Assembly: GCF_032191835.1 (NCBI RefSeq)
Contig: NC_083233.1
Coordinates: forward strand, 35,030,001 to 35,094,000
DNA: 64,000 nt
Direction of reading: 5' to 3'
From: Heteronotia binoei
Taxonomy: Eukaryota
Made by a program: the position numbers and the translations under genes. The notes beneath the pieces are model-generated. The model made no database searches, was not told where the DNA came from, and saw only the letters and a list, made by a program, of their open reading frames with translations. Numbering within the stretch: position 1 is the first letter of the stretch; each line of letters opens with the position of its first letter. Of this stretch, positions 31,152 through 44,600 are shown one piece after another.

Positions 31152-34100
31152 TTAGTCAATATTCTCCAAGCCCTGAAAAATATAAAATTAAACAATGTTA
31201 AAGGCTTCTGCCAGATATAACATTGATGCCACCCAAGAGTTAACAAATCCCTTTCCAAGGTACTTTTCTGCTTATTTTTGCTGACAATATAAAGGTGGTG
31301 ATCATGTGCAGTGCAAGCAGTGTTGCACTGCATGATGGGTGATTTTCCTGCCTAGCTGCCCCCTCCCAATGCAGTCTTCTGTTCCCCACACATGCCCCCC
31401 TAGGTTGGTTGGCCGATTCCCAGGGACAGCATGAGGGTTTATATATGAGGCTGCCATGAGAGGAGAGGAATCAGTAAAAATCACCTCCCTTTCTGCGTGG
31501 AAGTATCTGCCTCCAGAACTTCTTAGATGCAGCATCAGGCAGGCAAGCTCTCAGCACTGTTATTTGATCTCCAGCACTCAGCATTGTTATCAGTGATTTT
31601 ATTTTCTGTCTGAAGGCCATATCCTACTCTGGTTTCTCCTTGAGATGTGTGGCTGTTAACAGATGTCAAGGGGCGCAGCCTAGCCCAGAAGTCACTCAGG
31701 GACCAAGGCAGAGGCTAACTGCTGATGAATGTATTTTTATCTGATGTACATCACCCAGAGCCTGGCCGTGGCTAGGATGGGGCAATTAATTAAACTGAAA
31801 TAACAACAACCTTTCAGTACTAGTTTTGCCCTAACCACTTTGTACCAAGACATCTGTTCAGAACTCACCTTTGATTCATAGTAGCGATCAGTTTCGGAAA
31901 CACGCCTGTCCCTCTCCATTAGGTACCACTGATAGGCATTCCGAGCAATCCTCTTCTCCTAAGGGCACAGAAACACATCAGAGAGTATAAAGGAAAGGAA
32001 AAAAAAAGAAAGATGGCATGTAACTGGAAAAAAATATAGATGCAAAGCAAACCTGACATCAGAAAGAGGAATTAAGTACAAGTGATGCTGGTTAAAGTGC
32101 AAAGATTTTTCTGCAACCACACAACATTACAATCTAACATGTGGCACAATTAAATTTGTAGGTAGGGATACAGTTCAGCAGAGATGATTAAAAATGTTTC
32201 TGTCCCATTTCAGACTGCTAGTGTGGGTTTTTGTCACTAAATGTTTCCCCATTTTAACATACAGAAAACTAGCCATGATGTGTAATTGAAAGAGCACTAC
32301 AAATAGTCTGTTGGTCCTGGTCCAAATGTTGTTAATTCTGAAATGGCTTTTACTGTTGTGATTTCACTTACCGGTACATTTTTACCACATATACCTGTTA
32401 TGGAGCTGGATATAGTGTGGATGGGCCTCTATGTCCCTGAATTACCAATTATTTGACTAGTCCAACAACATCCACTTAATCTAGCGCAGTTCAGTAGAGA
32501 CCTAAACACAGATCTATGCCGTTTATTTATTCAATTCCTATTGCACTTTTCCTCAAAGGAGCTCATGATGGTATACATCAGTTGCCTCTCCCTTGGTTTC
32601 AGCATCACAACAACCCTGTGAGGTAATTTAGGTTTAGAAATTGAGTGATTAACTTTTTTGCCGCCTAGTAAATTTCATAAAGGATCTGAACCCAGCCTTA
32701 TTGTCACTTTAATCAATCCTCAATGCAGGCTACTGTCAGTCACTTTATACATGGTATAGAAAGGCTACAAAAATCTTGAGATAAAAAGAAATTTATAACG
32801 TGAGACAAGATGGTGGATGGTTAGTGTCAAGCTACTGGGAGATTAAGGTTACCAAAAACCCCTACTCCATCTTTTTGAAGCTTGCTTGCTTTATCCTAAG
32901 TTCCCAAAAGTACGGTATTTCTTTGCTTTGGAGTCAGTTCATGTTTAGGCCGACAAAGGGTCTAAACCCACAGCAGTGCCACCCCCCAAATACAAGCCAA
33001 CCAAGCACACCCCAATAACAAGGACGCTCAATCTGTTATCGCAGCCATGCAGTTCTTGTGAGATGGAAGTGGAATCACACTGCAAACATGAGCTGTCCAG
33101 CAGCTATGCTTTGACTTCGTTCTCCCTGACAGGAAGCCATGCCAAGGATCATTCCCAATACACTGTCTTTGGGTTTCTTCCGGTATACCTGGATGCCATG
33201 AGAGCAAAGCGAGAGCCCCACGTACACAGGGTGTGACTAGGATGCTTTTATTGTATAGACAATGTTATCTTGGGACTGATCCAATCAGTCATCAAAAACC
33301 AGACTTCACACAAAGACTCTGCCATACAATCTGAGTGGATCATTCGGACTTGTGAACAACACAGAGACTCTCACTTTTGTGTAGTTCTGGGTGTCACTTT
33401 AGATAACAATTCGGCCCTAAAGATAGTATTATTTAGGTGAGCTAAATCCATCAACGCCATTAAACCTTTCCAAACCTTCCCTTTATGGTGTCATATACCA
33501 CATGTACTAGTGTCAGAGACCACCTAACCCTGGTGTCACAGGTCATCTGACCTCCCCAGCCTGAGGGCACATGGTCATCTTTAAAAGGTCTGACCCATGG
33601 CTCCACAGGTGTGCGTCTTACAGTACCCCTACCTTGCTGTATAGGCCACCCCCAAAACCTGATCAGTTTTGGGTCCCCATAGTAAGATACGCGAGTCATG
33701 TCTTGCTCCCCCTTTTTGCCAGTATTGGATGTTTTATCTGAAGACTGACAGGTAAAGGATCACCTTGTTTGTGTTATACCCTTATGTTGCCCCTATACCC
33801 TTTTTCATTTCTATTATTTCCTAGGCACTGTGTGGTTGATGAATGGATTATTATTCTTGTATGACTATATTTTCCTAATAAAATATTCCTTTAGTTTACC
33901 CAAAGAATATTGCTTCTTTATTAATAGAGAAATTCTTGGGAGACTGACTTCTGTATACACAGGTTTTGATCCTGCTTCAGGTGGTCATCTTTGCCCACCA
34001 AACTAATTCCCTAACTTCTTTTGAGGGCAATATGGTTAACAGCCAGATCCCCCCTGGCCACTGGCAGGGTATTGGGGGAATGCACAGTTGCTAGATCCAG

Positions 34101-35134
34101 GTTGGGAAACTCTTGGAGATTTGGGGAGGGAGCCTAAGGAGGACAGGGGCCTCAATGTGGTACAATACCCTAGAGCAGAGGTGGCCAAACTTGCTTAACA
34201 TAAGAACCGCATAGAATAAAGGTCAGATGTTTGAGAGCAGGCAGGAAGGAAGGAATATGGGGAGAGAGTGGTGGAAAGAAAGCAACTTTAAATGCATTCT
34301 CTAAGCTGCCAGGTGGCTTGGCGAAGTGATTTAAAGAGACAAATGCCTTCACCAAGCTGCACGGAGGGGGGGGGTGCTTTGAGAGTCACACAATATGTGC
34401 AAAAGTGCCACATGTGGCTCCCGAGCCACAGTTTGGCCACCCCTGCCCTAGAGTGCACCCTCCAAAGCATCCATTGTCTCAAGAGGAACTCTCCGTAGTC
34501 TTCAGATCAGCTATAATTCTGGGGGGTCCCCAGGTTCCATGAGGAGGCTAGCATCTCTATGGGAGATCCAGGTTCAAATCCTCACTTCATCAAAAATCTC
34601 AGTGGGTAAGCCAGGGCCTATCACACTCTCTCTCAAACCTGTGTGTTGGGAAATACCTGAAAATTTGGGGGTGGAGTCTGGAAAGGGCTGGTTTGGGGAG
34701 GGGAAGGACCTCAGCAGAGTAAGAGGGCACGGAATTTGCCCTTCAGAACAGCCGTTTTCTCCAGGCGAATTGATCTCTGTCGTCTGGAGATCAGCTGTCA
34801 TTCCGGGAGATGTCCAGGCCACACCTGGAAGGTTACTAACTCTACTCAAAACCCGCACAGGATTGTTGAGGCGATAATGTGGGGTAAAGGAGAACAAGGA
34901 GCGCCGCCCTGAGTTCACTGGAGAAGGGAGGGGATAAAAGTGTGCAACAGAGAAAAAGCAAGACCCAGCTAGAGAGTAAAACGGGAGCTCTCTCGCCGCC
35001 AGATCTCACCACGGCCGACTAGCCAGACATACCTTTCCTCCGTTCGTGTATCTCTGGATCCAGTAGGTGCTGATCCCAGGGATAGTCAAGCACACATACA
35101 TGATAGTCAAGGAAGGCAGGATCTCATACCACAT
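31152..35134 (-). CDS. NDUFA1: NADH:ubiquinone oxidoreductase subunit A1 (MWFE), 70 aa. Exons 35134-35033, 31958-31869, 31172-31152
   Basis: [70 protein letters not shown]. Exons are 102+90+21 nt with GT-AG introns. AATAAA on the minus strand at 31105-31110. Confidence 0.97.
33034..34016 (+). mobile_element. Possible LTR-derived segment
   Basis: TGTTA...CTAAC ends and AATAAA at about 33877 in an LTR-like context, but no TSD found. Confidence 0.3.
34176..34445. mobile_element. hAT-Charlie-like MITE (CAGGGGTGGCCAAAC ends) nested in a TAGGGTTGCCA-family element
   Basis: Perfect TSD ccctagag (Charlie-like target); host element continues on both sides, about 34031-34535. Confidence 0.85.
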
Positions 35135-35605
35135 CGCAGCGGCACCTGCGCACTCCTCCAATGCGACCACCTTTTTTCTCTCTGTCCTCAACACACACAG
35201 TAATCACTACGCATGCGCGAAAATATCTCCCCGACCGCCAGGCCTTTCCCAGAATGCGTAGCGCACTACGGTAGTAGTCGGCGGTTTTGCTATGGATCCA
35301 GTAGGTGCTGAGACCAGGGAAGCGAATAAAACAAGTCGGCTAGATCCGTGAGTGGCTAGGGCATGCCGGGAACGAGGAGGTCTCTGGAGCATGCTGGGAG
35401 CTGCAGTCCCTCCCGGGGTATGTCGGGAAGAGGAATCTCCATGACAACAATGAGGCCTGGCGTGGCGGTGCGTCCCTGTGCCGCTGGAGGAGGTGTTGCT
35501 TTGGGGGCGGCTCTTTTTTCGCTACTCCCGCGAGAGGAGGGATGGCCAATGCGTGCCCCAGTCAGAGCTGAGGCGGACGGAGGACGAAGGCCGGTTTGTT
35601 CTGCG
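35135..35605. promoter_or_regulatory. CpG-rich bidirectional promoter shared by NDUFA1 and UPF3B
   Basis: The two ATGs are head-to-head, 471 nt apart. NRF1-like ACGCATGCGCG at 35209-35219; ZNF143/Staf core TTCCCAGAATGC at 35246-35257; high CpG density. Confidence 0.85.
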
Positions 35606-38600
35606 ATGAAGGAGGATAAGGAGAATGCCAGGCCGAAGGAGAAGCGAGGCGGGCCTCTCACCCCGACGGGGCTAGGAGTTGCCATGGCCGGAGCGGACGC
35701 CAAAGGGGGCGGTGAGCCTGATAAGCTCGAGCGGCCTAAAGAAAAGAAAGAGACGCTCAGCAAGGTGCGGTCCTGCCTGCGCTCAGAGGGGCTGCCCCAG
35801 GTGGATGCAGTCGGGCGGTGGAGCTGTTCAGTGGACTCTGCTTATCCGGGCTGCGTTGTAGTTAGACTGTTTCTATGTCTGTAGAAAACTAGCACGTCAA
35901 GATGGACTCATCTCCTCGACGTGCAAGTTTTCTGGCTCTGAGGATTTTTGTTGCTGTTGGCGGGAGAGTAGACAAGCATACGAATTCCTGTGGCGCCTTC
36001 CGTACATTCAGTTGCTAAAACAGGGGTGGCCACACTTGCTTAATATAAAGGCCATACAGAATAAATGTCAGAGGTCTGGGAGCCACAAGACAAGCGTTTC
36101 AGATGCTTGAGAATTCCAAGACAAGGAAGGAAGGAAGGAAAATAGATTGGGAGAGGGGAGGGAAAAGAGGAAAGAAAGCAACTTTAACGTTAAATATAGT
36201 GATTTAAAGAGAGAAATGCCTTCTACAAGCCAGCCGACCAGGCTGTGGGGGCTTCAAGAGACACATGTGGCTCCCGAGCCAGTTTGGCCACTCCTGTGCT
36301 ATAATGTGGAGCTTTTCCTGAACTGTATTGTTTTTAGCTGCCCTGGAATGGTGGGTTTTCATATTTGACTAGTTGCATGTAGAAAGATAGCAAGGAGAAT
36401 GCTAGGCCAAGCCTAACAAGGTAGTTTTCCACGTGCAGGAAAACGGTGGACAATATATTAAATTTTTCCCTGCCTTAAGCATCTGATTTTGTTGATCTAG
36501 CTTACAGGCAGCTGCTGGAGCTGTCCCTTGACATTACTCTTTCAGGGTGAGTTAAAATATGTTTCCATTTTTGACGAATTGTGTGTTAGCAACCAGCACA
36601 CCAAGTAGGAAAGGTAGGATGAACCCCTTTCCCTGGCATGGCTGTTTTTCACTAGAACAAATCAGGAGTCAAGTTGTACCTTTAAGACCAACAAAGTTTT
36701 ATTCAGAATGTAAGCGTTTGTGTGCTAGAAGCACACTTCATCAGACCTTCTAGCACACAAAAGCTTACATTCTAAATAAAATTTCATTGGTCTTAAAGGT
36801 GCACCTTGACTCCTGATTTGTTCTACTTCAGACCAACATGGCTGCCCACTTGGATCTGTTTTCCAGTAGAACTGTGTGTACTACATTGAGGACATATAAA
36901 CTCCCTATTGGCATCGTTAGTAAGCTTGAAGTTGTGTGATCAAAGTCAAATTTTGATTGATTTTGTTGACTTTGTATACCGGCCTCAAGTTGTGCCCCTT
37001 TCCTCTGTTAGGCTTTTGGAGAGGTGAGGTCACAAATGAGCTGTCTTTGCCTTTGGTGGTCACTACTGCAAGGTACTAAAGTGGCACACACTGGGCTCTG
37101 TAATAACAAAATACAATCATAGAGCCCTTTTGTGTATATCTGCTTTCTAGTTGTTGTACAAAACCATTTATAAATGATCATTCTCAGTCTATCATCAGTG
37201 TGTTTTAGTTGGGAGAATATGGTCTGAGAAAGTTTTCTACCCACATTTAAGTTCTTAATTTCCACCTGTGGTGTGCTTTTGGTAGCACTATAGATTTCTA
37301 AAAAGTTAGAAGTTGCCACCAAGAACCTGTACCAATTTTAATCCTCTCAGTAATTCCTTCTGATTGTTCCAGAATTCAAATATATTAGATCAATAGCAGC
37401 TCAATGATTTGATTTTTGGTTGTCACACCATCTATTTGAATCAGCTTCCCAGAAGTGTTCAGGAAGATACCCTTCCCCATTAAAGTATGTAAAGCAATAT
37501 TGGTCAACAGTATATTTGGTGGGGATTGATATCCCCCCCAGTTTCTGGGGAAGAGGCATTGTAATAGTGATGCTTGGTATGTATCTTAGCTGATCTTTCT
37601 GTTTTAGTTGTGCTGTTTCTGTTCTTCGGCACACACTTTTGTATGTTGGTTTGAGAGCCAGTTTGGTGTAGTGGTTAAGTGTGCGGACTCTTATCTAAGA
37701 GAACTGGGTTTGATTCCCCACTTTTCCACTTGCAGTTGTCCTTGAAAGGGCAGCTGCTGTGAGAGCCCTCTCAGCCCCACCTGTCTGTTGCAGGGGGAGA
37801 AGATATAGGAGATTGTAAGCCTCTCTGATTCAGAGGGAAGGGTTGGGTATAAATCTGCAGTCTTCTTCTGACAATGGAGTGAAAGGTAGAATACATATAT
37901 TTTAATTAATACATACCTCAAAATTCATACATTTTGATTAGTAAATATTTAGTCCCTTTTTAAAAGAACCCTGCATGGTCATTTTAGTTTATGAGCCCTG
38001 TGGCAGAGAGTGGTAAGCTGCAGTTCTTCAGTCCAAGCTCTGCTTACGACCTGAGTTAAATCCCGGCGGAAGCTGGGTTCAGGTAGCCGGCTCAATGTTG
38101 ACTCAGCCTTCCACCCTTCCAAGGTTGGTAAAATGAGTACCCAGCTTGCTGGGGGTAAAGTGTAGATGACTGGGAAAGGAAATGGCAAGGAAAGGAAAGG
38201 TCCCCTGTGCAAGCACCAGTCGTTTCTGACTCTGGGGTGACATTGCTTTCACCTTTTCATGGCAGACTTTTTACGGAGTGGTTTGCCATTGCCTTCCCCA
38301 GTCATCTATACTTTCCCCCCAGCAAGCTGGGTACTCATTTGACCGACCTTGGAAGGCTGAGTCAACCTCGAACTGGCTACTTGAAAACCCAGCTTCCGCC
38401 GGGGATCGGACTCGTGAGCAGAGCTTAGGACTGCCGTACTGCAGCTTTAACACTCTGCGCCACGGGGCTCACGGGGCAATGGCAAACCTCCCCATTAAAA
38501 AGTCTACCAAGAACACATTGTGATGTGACGTCACCCCATGGGTCGGTAACATCTCGGTGCTTGCGCAGGGACTACCTTTACCTTTTTTAGTTTTAGTTTG

Positions 38601-41600
38601 TATTACTAGCAACAAAAATATGTCTTGCTAACTTTTTCAAAGGTGATTTTGGGTATTGTCAACTAACTGGTGTAAAGATTTTAGATATTTAGTTTTAGTA
38701 TTATTGAAGGGAAACACCTTATCTGATAGAAAGGACCACTGAATGCGAATGGTATTTATGCAACAGGAACATTAAATATGCACTTACAAAAGTACATTAG
38801 ATGCTGAAAAAGCATTAGGCTCCTATGAATAACATTTGTAAATGAATCTGTAACCAACTGACCATGGGTTGGATCCATCACCAAACTGTAGTTTGCGCTA
38901 AAGCTCTTACTGCAAGTGGAAATGCAAGAAAAAGACAGTGGTACCTGGTAGCACTAAGCAAGACTTACTATTTTCCCACTTGTGCAAGATTTTGGTGTAG
39001 CCTATTTCCAGGCACTAGAATATATAGGGAGAAAAGCACTAGGTGTTGCACAAGATCTTGCTTAGACAGAACTTCTCAAAGTTTATGTTAACACTTGTGC
39101 ATCACTGGATTTAAGCTTATACATGGGGGATTCCCTTAAAAGATCTATAACTTGTTTTGAGAAGTAATAAAATGTCAGAAAAAGAAGTTTGTAGAGTATA
39201 CCTGGAAAGACATTTGTAAAAAATGAAACTTTTCCTCCCCTTTAAGGTAGTGATTCGACGCCTGCCTCCCAGTCTGACCAAGGAACAGCTTGAAGAACAT
39301 CTCCAGCCTTTGCCTGAACATGACTACTTTGAATTCTTCGCTAATGATTCAAGGTAAAAGGAACTTAGGTCCCTTGGTTGTGCTGCATGTAGCAATGGCA
39401 TGTCATGAATGTCTTTCAGTTTTACACCCGTCTGTGTTGTGTATATATACGATCATCACTCAGCAACGTTTCCTTATACATTGCCATTTTTTGTCCTTCT
39501 GCAGTTTGTATCCACACATGTTTTCCAGAGCATACATCAACTTTAAAAACCAAGAAGACATAGTTCTATTCAGGGATCGCTTTGATGGTTATGTTTTTGT
39601 TGATCACAAAGGCAAGTAAGCCTAAAACTTGGTTCTGTCTATCATATCTTTAATCTATTTATATCTAGACATATATTAATTGAGAAGTAATGACTGCAAT
39701 TTTGGAAGCACCCATGTCTTTTAACCAAGATTGCCAAACATAATTTACAGTCTGTGCGAGCTAACTTGTCAGTAAGTCCCACTGAGTTTCAATGAAATTT
39801 ATTTGCAGGTTAGTTTAGTATTTCCGCCTAGCTGCCGCAATAGCCCTTATGTATTTTCCTAAATGTAAGTCCTATTAGCATCAGTCAGTAAGTAAGTATG
39901 TCAGGACATTCAGGGCAGGTGATCCTCTCCTTCTGCAGTTCTGAAGCTGTGACGACCTGAACCCATCCTAAAGGTTCTAGCTTGGGAGCCACTAATGCAA
40001 GATCTGTAAAAAATTGTGTTTGTTTGGTTGTGGGTGTGGTGAAGGAACAGAACTAGTGCCAGCCCTCTTGCTCAAGATCCAGAAGGGCTGTCTTAGGGGC
40101 CCCAGAATTTTTCAGTAAACATTAAGATGCATTGAAAATTTCTGATACAGAACTAAATTGCAGTGGCATGCATGCAGGACTCCAATAGCATATCATAGGA
40201 TGCTGCTTCAGCATCCTCCACTTGAACAGCAGCAGTTGAGCCAGCACTACAGGATCATTCTTCTTGTATTCTTTTCTTTACCATTCTTCATATAACCAAA
40301 TTTATTTTTATAAAGTAGTGCTACGGTAGTCTCTGTTGTTCAAGAAGCTCTTGTTCACTTAACTTCAACAGTTAATCCATGTTCGTCAATTCATTATAAT
40401 AATTTTCCCATTTGAAAAAAAATACATAATCTGCTGTGTCATAGTTTCATGGGCAATTCACAGGACACATTTCTTGCCTGTATGAGCAGAACTGATACGC
40501 AGTAGAATCTGGCCTGCTCGTGTGGGTAAGCAGTGTGTTGTATGAAACTGGTCCTTGAACACATTTTATAAATTGGGGGTGGGGAGTGGGTTTCCTTGTC
40601 TTTAAAACCAATTATGATATTAAGAAATTTTTTCAATGTATGAATAGGTCTGGAGTATCCTGCCATAGTGGAATTTGCACCATTTCAGAAAGCTGCCAAA
40701 AAGAAGAGTAAGAAAAAGGATGCCAAAGCTGGGACCATTGAAGATGGTTAGTGACAATTGTTGCTTATTGTTTGTCATTACAGTGTATTGGTGGACTTTG
40801 TGAATGGACATGGCAGCTGTAATAATAGAAAAGATGATTAAAATTTGTATGTATAATGTATCACCTGACAACTTCAGACCATACTGCCATATCATGCATA
40901 CTTTTTCTTTTTGGTCATAAGCTTTCTGATCTTATGAGGCAGACACAGTACAGAAGCAACAGCTTCTTAAGGTTATTTTCATGATTTTAGTCACAGTAAT
41001 TACCCAAAGTACAATTAAAATGTGGGATGTGCTTGTTTTTTTATTACATTGCTTGCCTTCCAATTAATCTGATGCATTTCAGAGTTAATATGCATTTAGT
41101 TTTAGGGCTTGTTGCAATGCAAGCTTCAGACCTGCATTCTTAATAGTATCTAAAAATAGTCATTTGAAGGAAAGCTGTCTTGGGTAGATAATCATCTGAC
41201 ATTGCTGCTAGGACTATTAACTTGGGGGAGGGGTTGTGTTTTGCTGAACGACGTGCAAAAGTATGTGTTTATGATGTGTACACTTTTTCTTCCTCATCAG
41301 ATCCAGAGTATAAGAAATTCTTAGAGACCTACAGTGCTGATGATGAAAAGCTAACATCCACTCCTGAGACTCTACTGGAAGAAATAGAGGCAAGAAACAA
41401 AGAACTGATAGGTACAAAAAGAATTTTACCACTATGATTCCAAGTATGCTTCCTTGAGAATATTTGGTATGTTTTTGTGTACATTTTTTAAAAAACAATA
41501 TATTGTTATCTCTGCTGCTTTTTCAAAGATCATATCTTCTGAGTGATTGCTTTCATTTTGACAGGAAGAAAATGTATTAAACATTGTACATCTTTGTCAT

Positions 41601-44600
41601 GGTGCTGCTTTAGTCTAAACTCCTTGCTCCTTCATTCTAGCTGTACTTAGTGTGTAAGTGGAGTTAAATGCACCCTTACCTGCATGAAAAGGTAGACAGA
41701 TATTCAGGGCAGAACAAGCAGCTAGAATGTAGCATCAACAGATTTCTTGATTGTTGCAAGTTTGCTCCCTGTGTATGTGCATTCAGCAGGAAATACTTAG
41801 GAGGGAGATAGACAGACAGACAGACAGATACGTATATATTATGTATGTGTATACACACACACGCACATATCCACTTAAATAGGAAATAACCTGGATTTGA
41901 AAATTGTATTTATGTAAAAAGAGTACCCCCACACTCAGCCAAAAGCTTGTGAGGTAGTTTACAAAAGTTTAAAAACAATACCGGTATCACAATATAAAAC
42001 AAATCCACAGCATCAAATCTCAACAGAGGCCACAATATTAAATCCCATCATATAACTGTATTTTCTTAGAGCTAAATAAATAAAATTAGAAAAAGTAGAA
42101 CAAAAATCCAAGTCACTGAAAAGGTTAAAATAGACTAAAGCAGGGGTCCTCAAACCCCAGGCAGTGAACCGGTCTGGGTCTGTGTCCTGTTAGCAACCGG
42201 GCCACAGAGTGAGGCAGAGACCTTCACCTACCCCTTATTTAAAAGACCCCAGGGAGGGGCAGGGATGGGGTGTGGACTTGGGGACAGCCTGGGGCAGCAA
42301 AAACCCAGCACCCCCACCCCAACTGGTCTGTGGAAAAATTGTCTTCCACAAACCTGGTCCCTGGTGCTAAAAAGGTTGAGGATCACTGGACTAAAGCAAC
42401 TACTTGCCTTTGGTATCAAAACACAAATGCCTGAGAGAGAATTGGTTAAAATTTAGTAATCATATTTGGGGAAAGAGTTCCCAAGGTGAGCTGCCATAGT
42501 TTTTGAAGATGGTTGTATGGCGATTAGGCCCTTTTTAACTATTGGATGGATTTGTGTTGAAGAAGTTGATTCTTCAGACACCTTGATTCCAGGCTGTCTA
42601 GGTATTTCAAGATTAAAGTCAGCACTTTGAATTGTATCTGGAAACAAACAGGCTGCCTTCAACAGGAATGGGTCATGATGCTTGTCACCTACATCAGATA
42701 GCATTCTTTCTGAAAGTATTTTAATATTATTAGGTGATTGTGGTTTCTGCATATGTTACCTGCAACAGCGTCCTTTGCAGATAAAAATGACAAGAGTGGA
42801 AGGTTTAAGTACATTCAGTGGGATTCTTTCTAGCATTACATTACAAACTGCTTTTGAAAATTTTATCTGTTTCCATACCATCCTCTAATGTACGTGGGAA
42901 GTTACCTAATGGTTATTTTTGAAGGAAGCATGCTGGTCTGTTTGTCTATGAGCACATTTCTTTCAGAAATAATAAGTGCTGTAAAGCTCTGTCTCTACTA
43001 GTTTACTTCTGTTGTTCTAGTTTCATTAAATGACCTATCAATATTACCAGCTGTGGTATAGTAGGCAGACTCTTTATATACTGAACTGTACATTGACAGC
43101 CCTGGATGTAATCAGTTCACAACTGCAGTACCTGAAAGTAGATACAACAAAAAAAAGAGTTGTAACCAGCGATTGTAATAAGCCCCAAATAGATTTTCTC
43201 AGGCAAGGTAATCTGGTTCTCAGAACAAAATATCTGAGCCCCCATTAAAGGAGCTTTCTGAAATATGCCCCAGGAAATTAGTCCGTCTGAATCTAATGTG
43301 ACTTTCTCCTGAATTAACTGTGCAGACTAGTAGGATAGATCTGTGGTTTACTTTTGTGTTGGGAGATCTTAATCTAATTTTTATAGTTAGAGTGGCAATA
43401 ACATTTTCTCTCTTTTCAATGCGTAGCAAAAAAGACCACTCCTCTGTTGAACTTCTTGAAGAACAAGCAGGTGAGTATTCTTCCAGAGCTAGAGAGAGAG
43501 ATTCCCCTACTCTATTCTGTATATGTGTAAGCTGCATTAAAACTTCTACAAATAATTGGAAGAGAAAGTGCTGGACTTTTCTAATCTTGTTGTAGGCTTA
43601 TAGATATTTTCCACTTTGTTGGGTTAGAAGATCACCCCTTTCCTCGTTTTAATAACTCTGGCCGCTCACTTTCAGTATTGAAGGCTGGGGTAAATACAGT
43701 GCCATTAGACATTTCATTCAGTATTTTTGTGGGTTAGTAACTTTTTCTAGAAGTATATTTGCCCTTTTAAAAAATTAACCATAATTGTGTATTCAGTTCA
43801 CTTGAACAGTCAGGTGCGGGGGCGGGGGGGGGGATGCACACGTGCACTTTCTTAACTCAGAGCCTGGAAGGGTTTTTGCTCTCATTTCATTTTTTCCTTC
43901 CAGAGGCTGAGAGAAGAAAAACGAGAGGAGAGGAGGAGGCGAGAACTAGAGAGAAAAAGGCAAAGGGAAGAAGAGAGGAGGAAATGGAAAGAAGAAGAAA
44001 GGAGGAAAAGGAAAGAAGCTGAAAAAACAAAGAAGGTGGAGAGATGTCCAGAGAAGGAAAGGGACAGATCCAAAGATGAACCAAAGATTAAGGTATCGTT
44101 TTATTCCTGGAGGATAAACAGTGCCTGCATGCACACATATGTAAAATGTTATGACAAGACAAATGTGTACCTTGAATGTGGCCTGGTAGTATTTGCATGC
44201 CATTGTTTCATATGTATAAATACAGTCCTTTATAATTGCCATCCTGTGGATGTTTTCTTGAGAATAAATTCTGAGGGAGCCTACAGATTGACTGCTCTGT
44301 AATAAAACCATAGTTATGCTGTTGAGTAGCTTTGGTTTATGTCCTAACATGGAGAGTCCATGTTACTGTCTTCTCAGTATATAGCCTGGTTGAAGCCAGT
44401 ACTTCAGGTGCACAGAGTGAAATGACTTCCAGTGCAATCCTGTGCAGTTACTCCAAGCTAAGCTGACTGAAATCAATGAGCTTAAGAATGGAGTCAATCA
44501 ACATAGAATTGCACTTCTTCTCTCCCACTCCCCCCCACCACAAAGCTTTCAGTGTCTGCATTTGCTCACATTCATCCCTTGTTTTCCTGCCCTCTCTTAA

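Noticed and set aside
31290-31510. Ancient LF-SINE/AmnSINE-like element in NDUFA1 intron 2
   Set aside because: The resemblance is only vague and cannot be supported without an alignment.
35363-35884. 173-aa ORF as a separate gene or a longer UPF3B N-terminus
   Set aside because: Only 35606-35764 resembles UPF3B. The upstream ATGs lie in the promoter and the 3' part runs through the splice donor.
44093-44101. GTATCGTTT donor as a U12-type intron
   Set aside because: It mismatches RTATCCTTT at +6, and the acceptor has a U2-like branch (actaaat) and pyrimidine tract with no TCCTTAAC.
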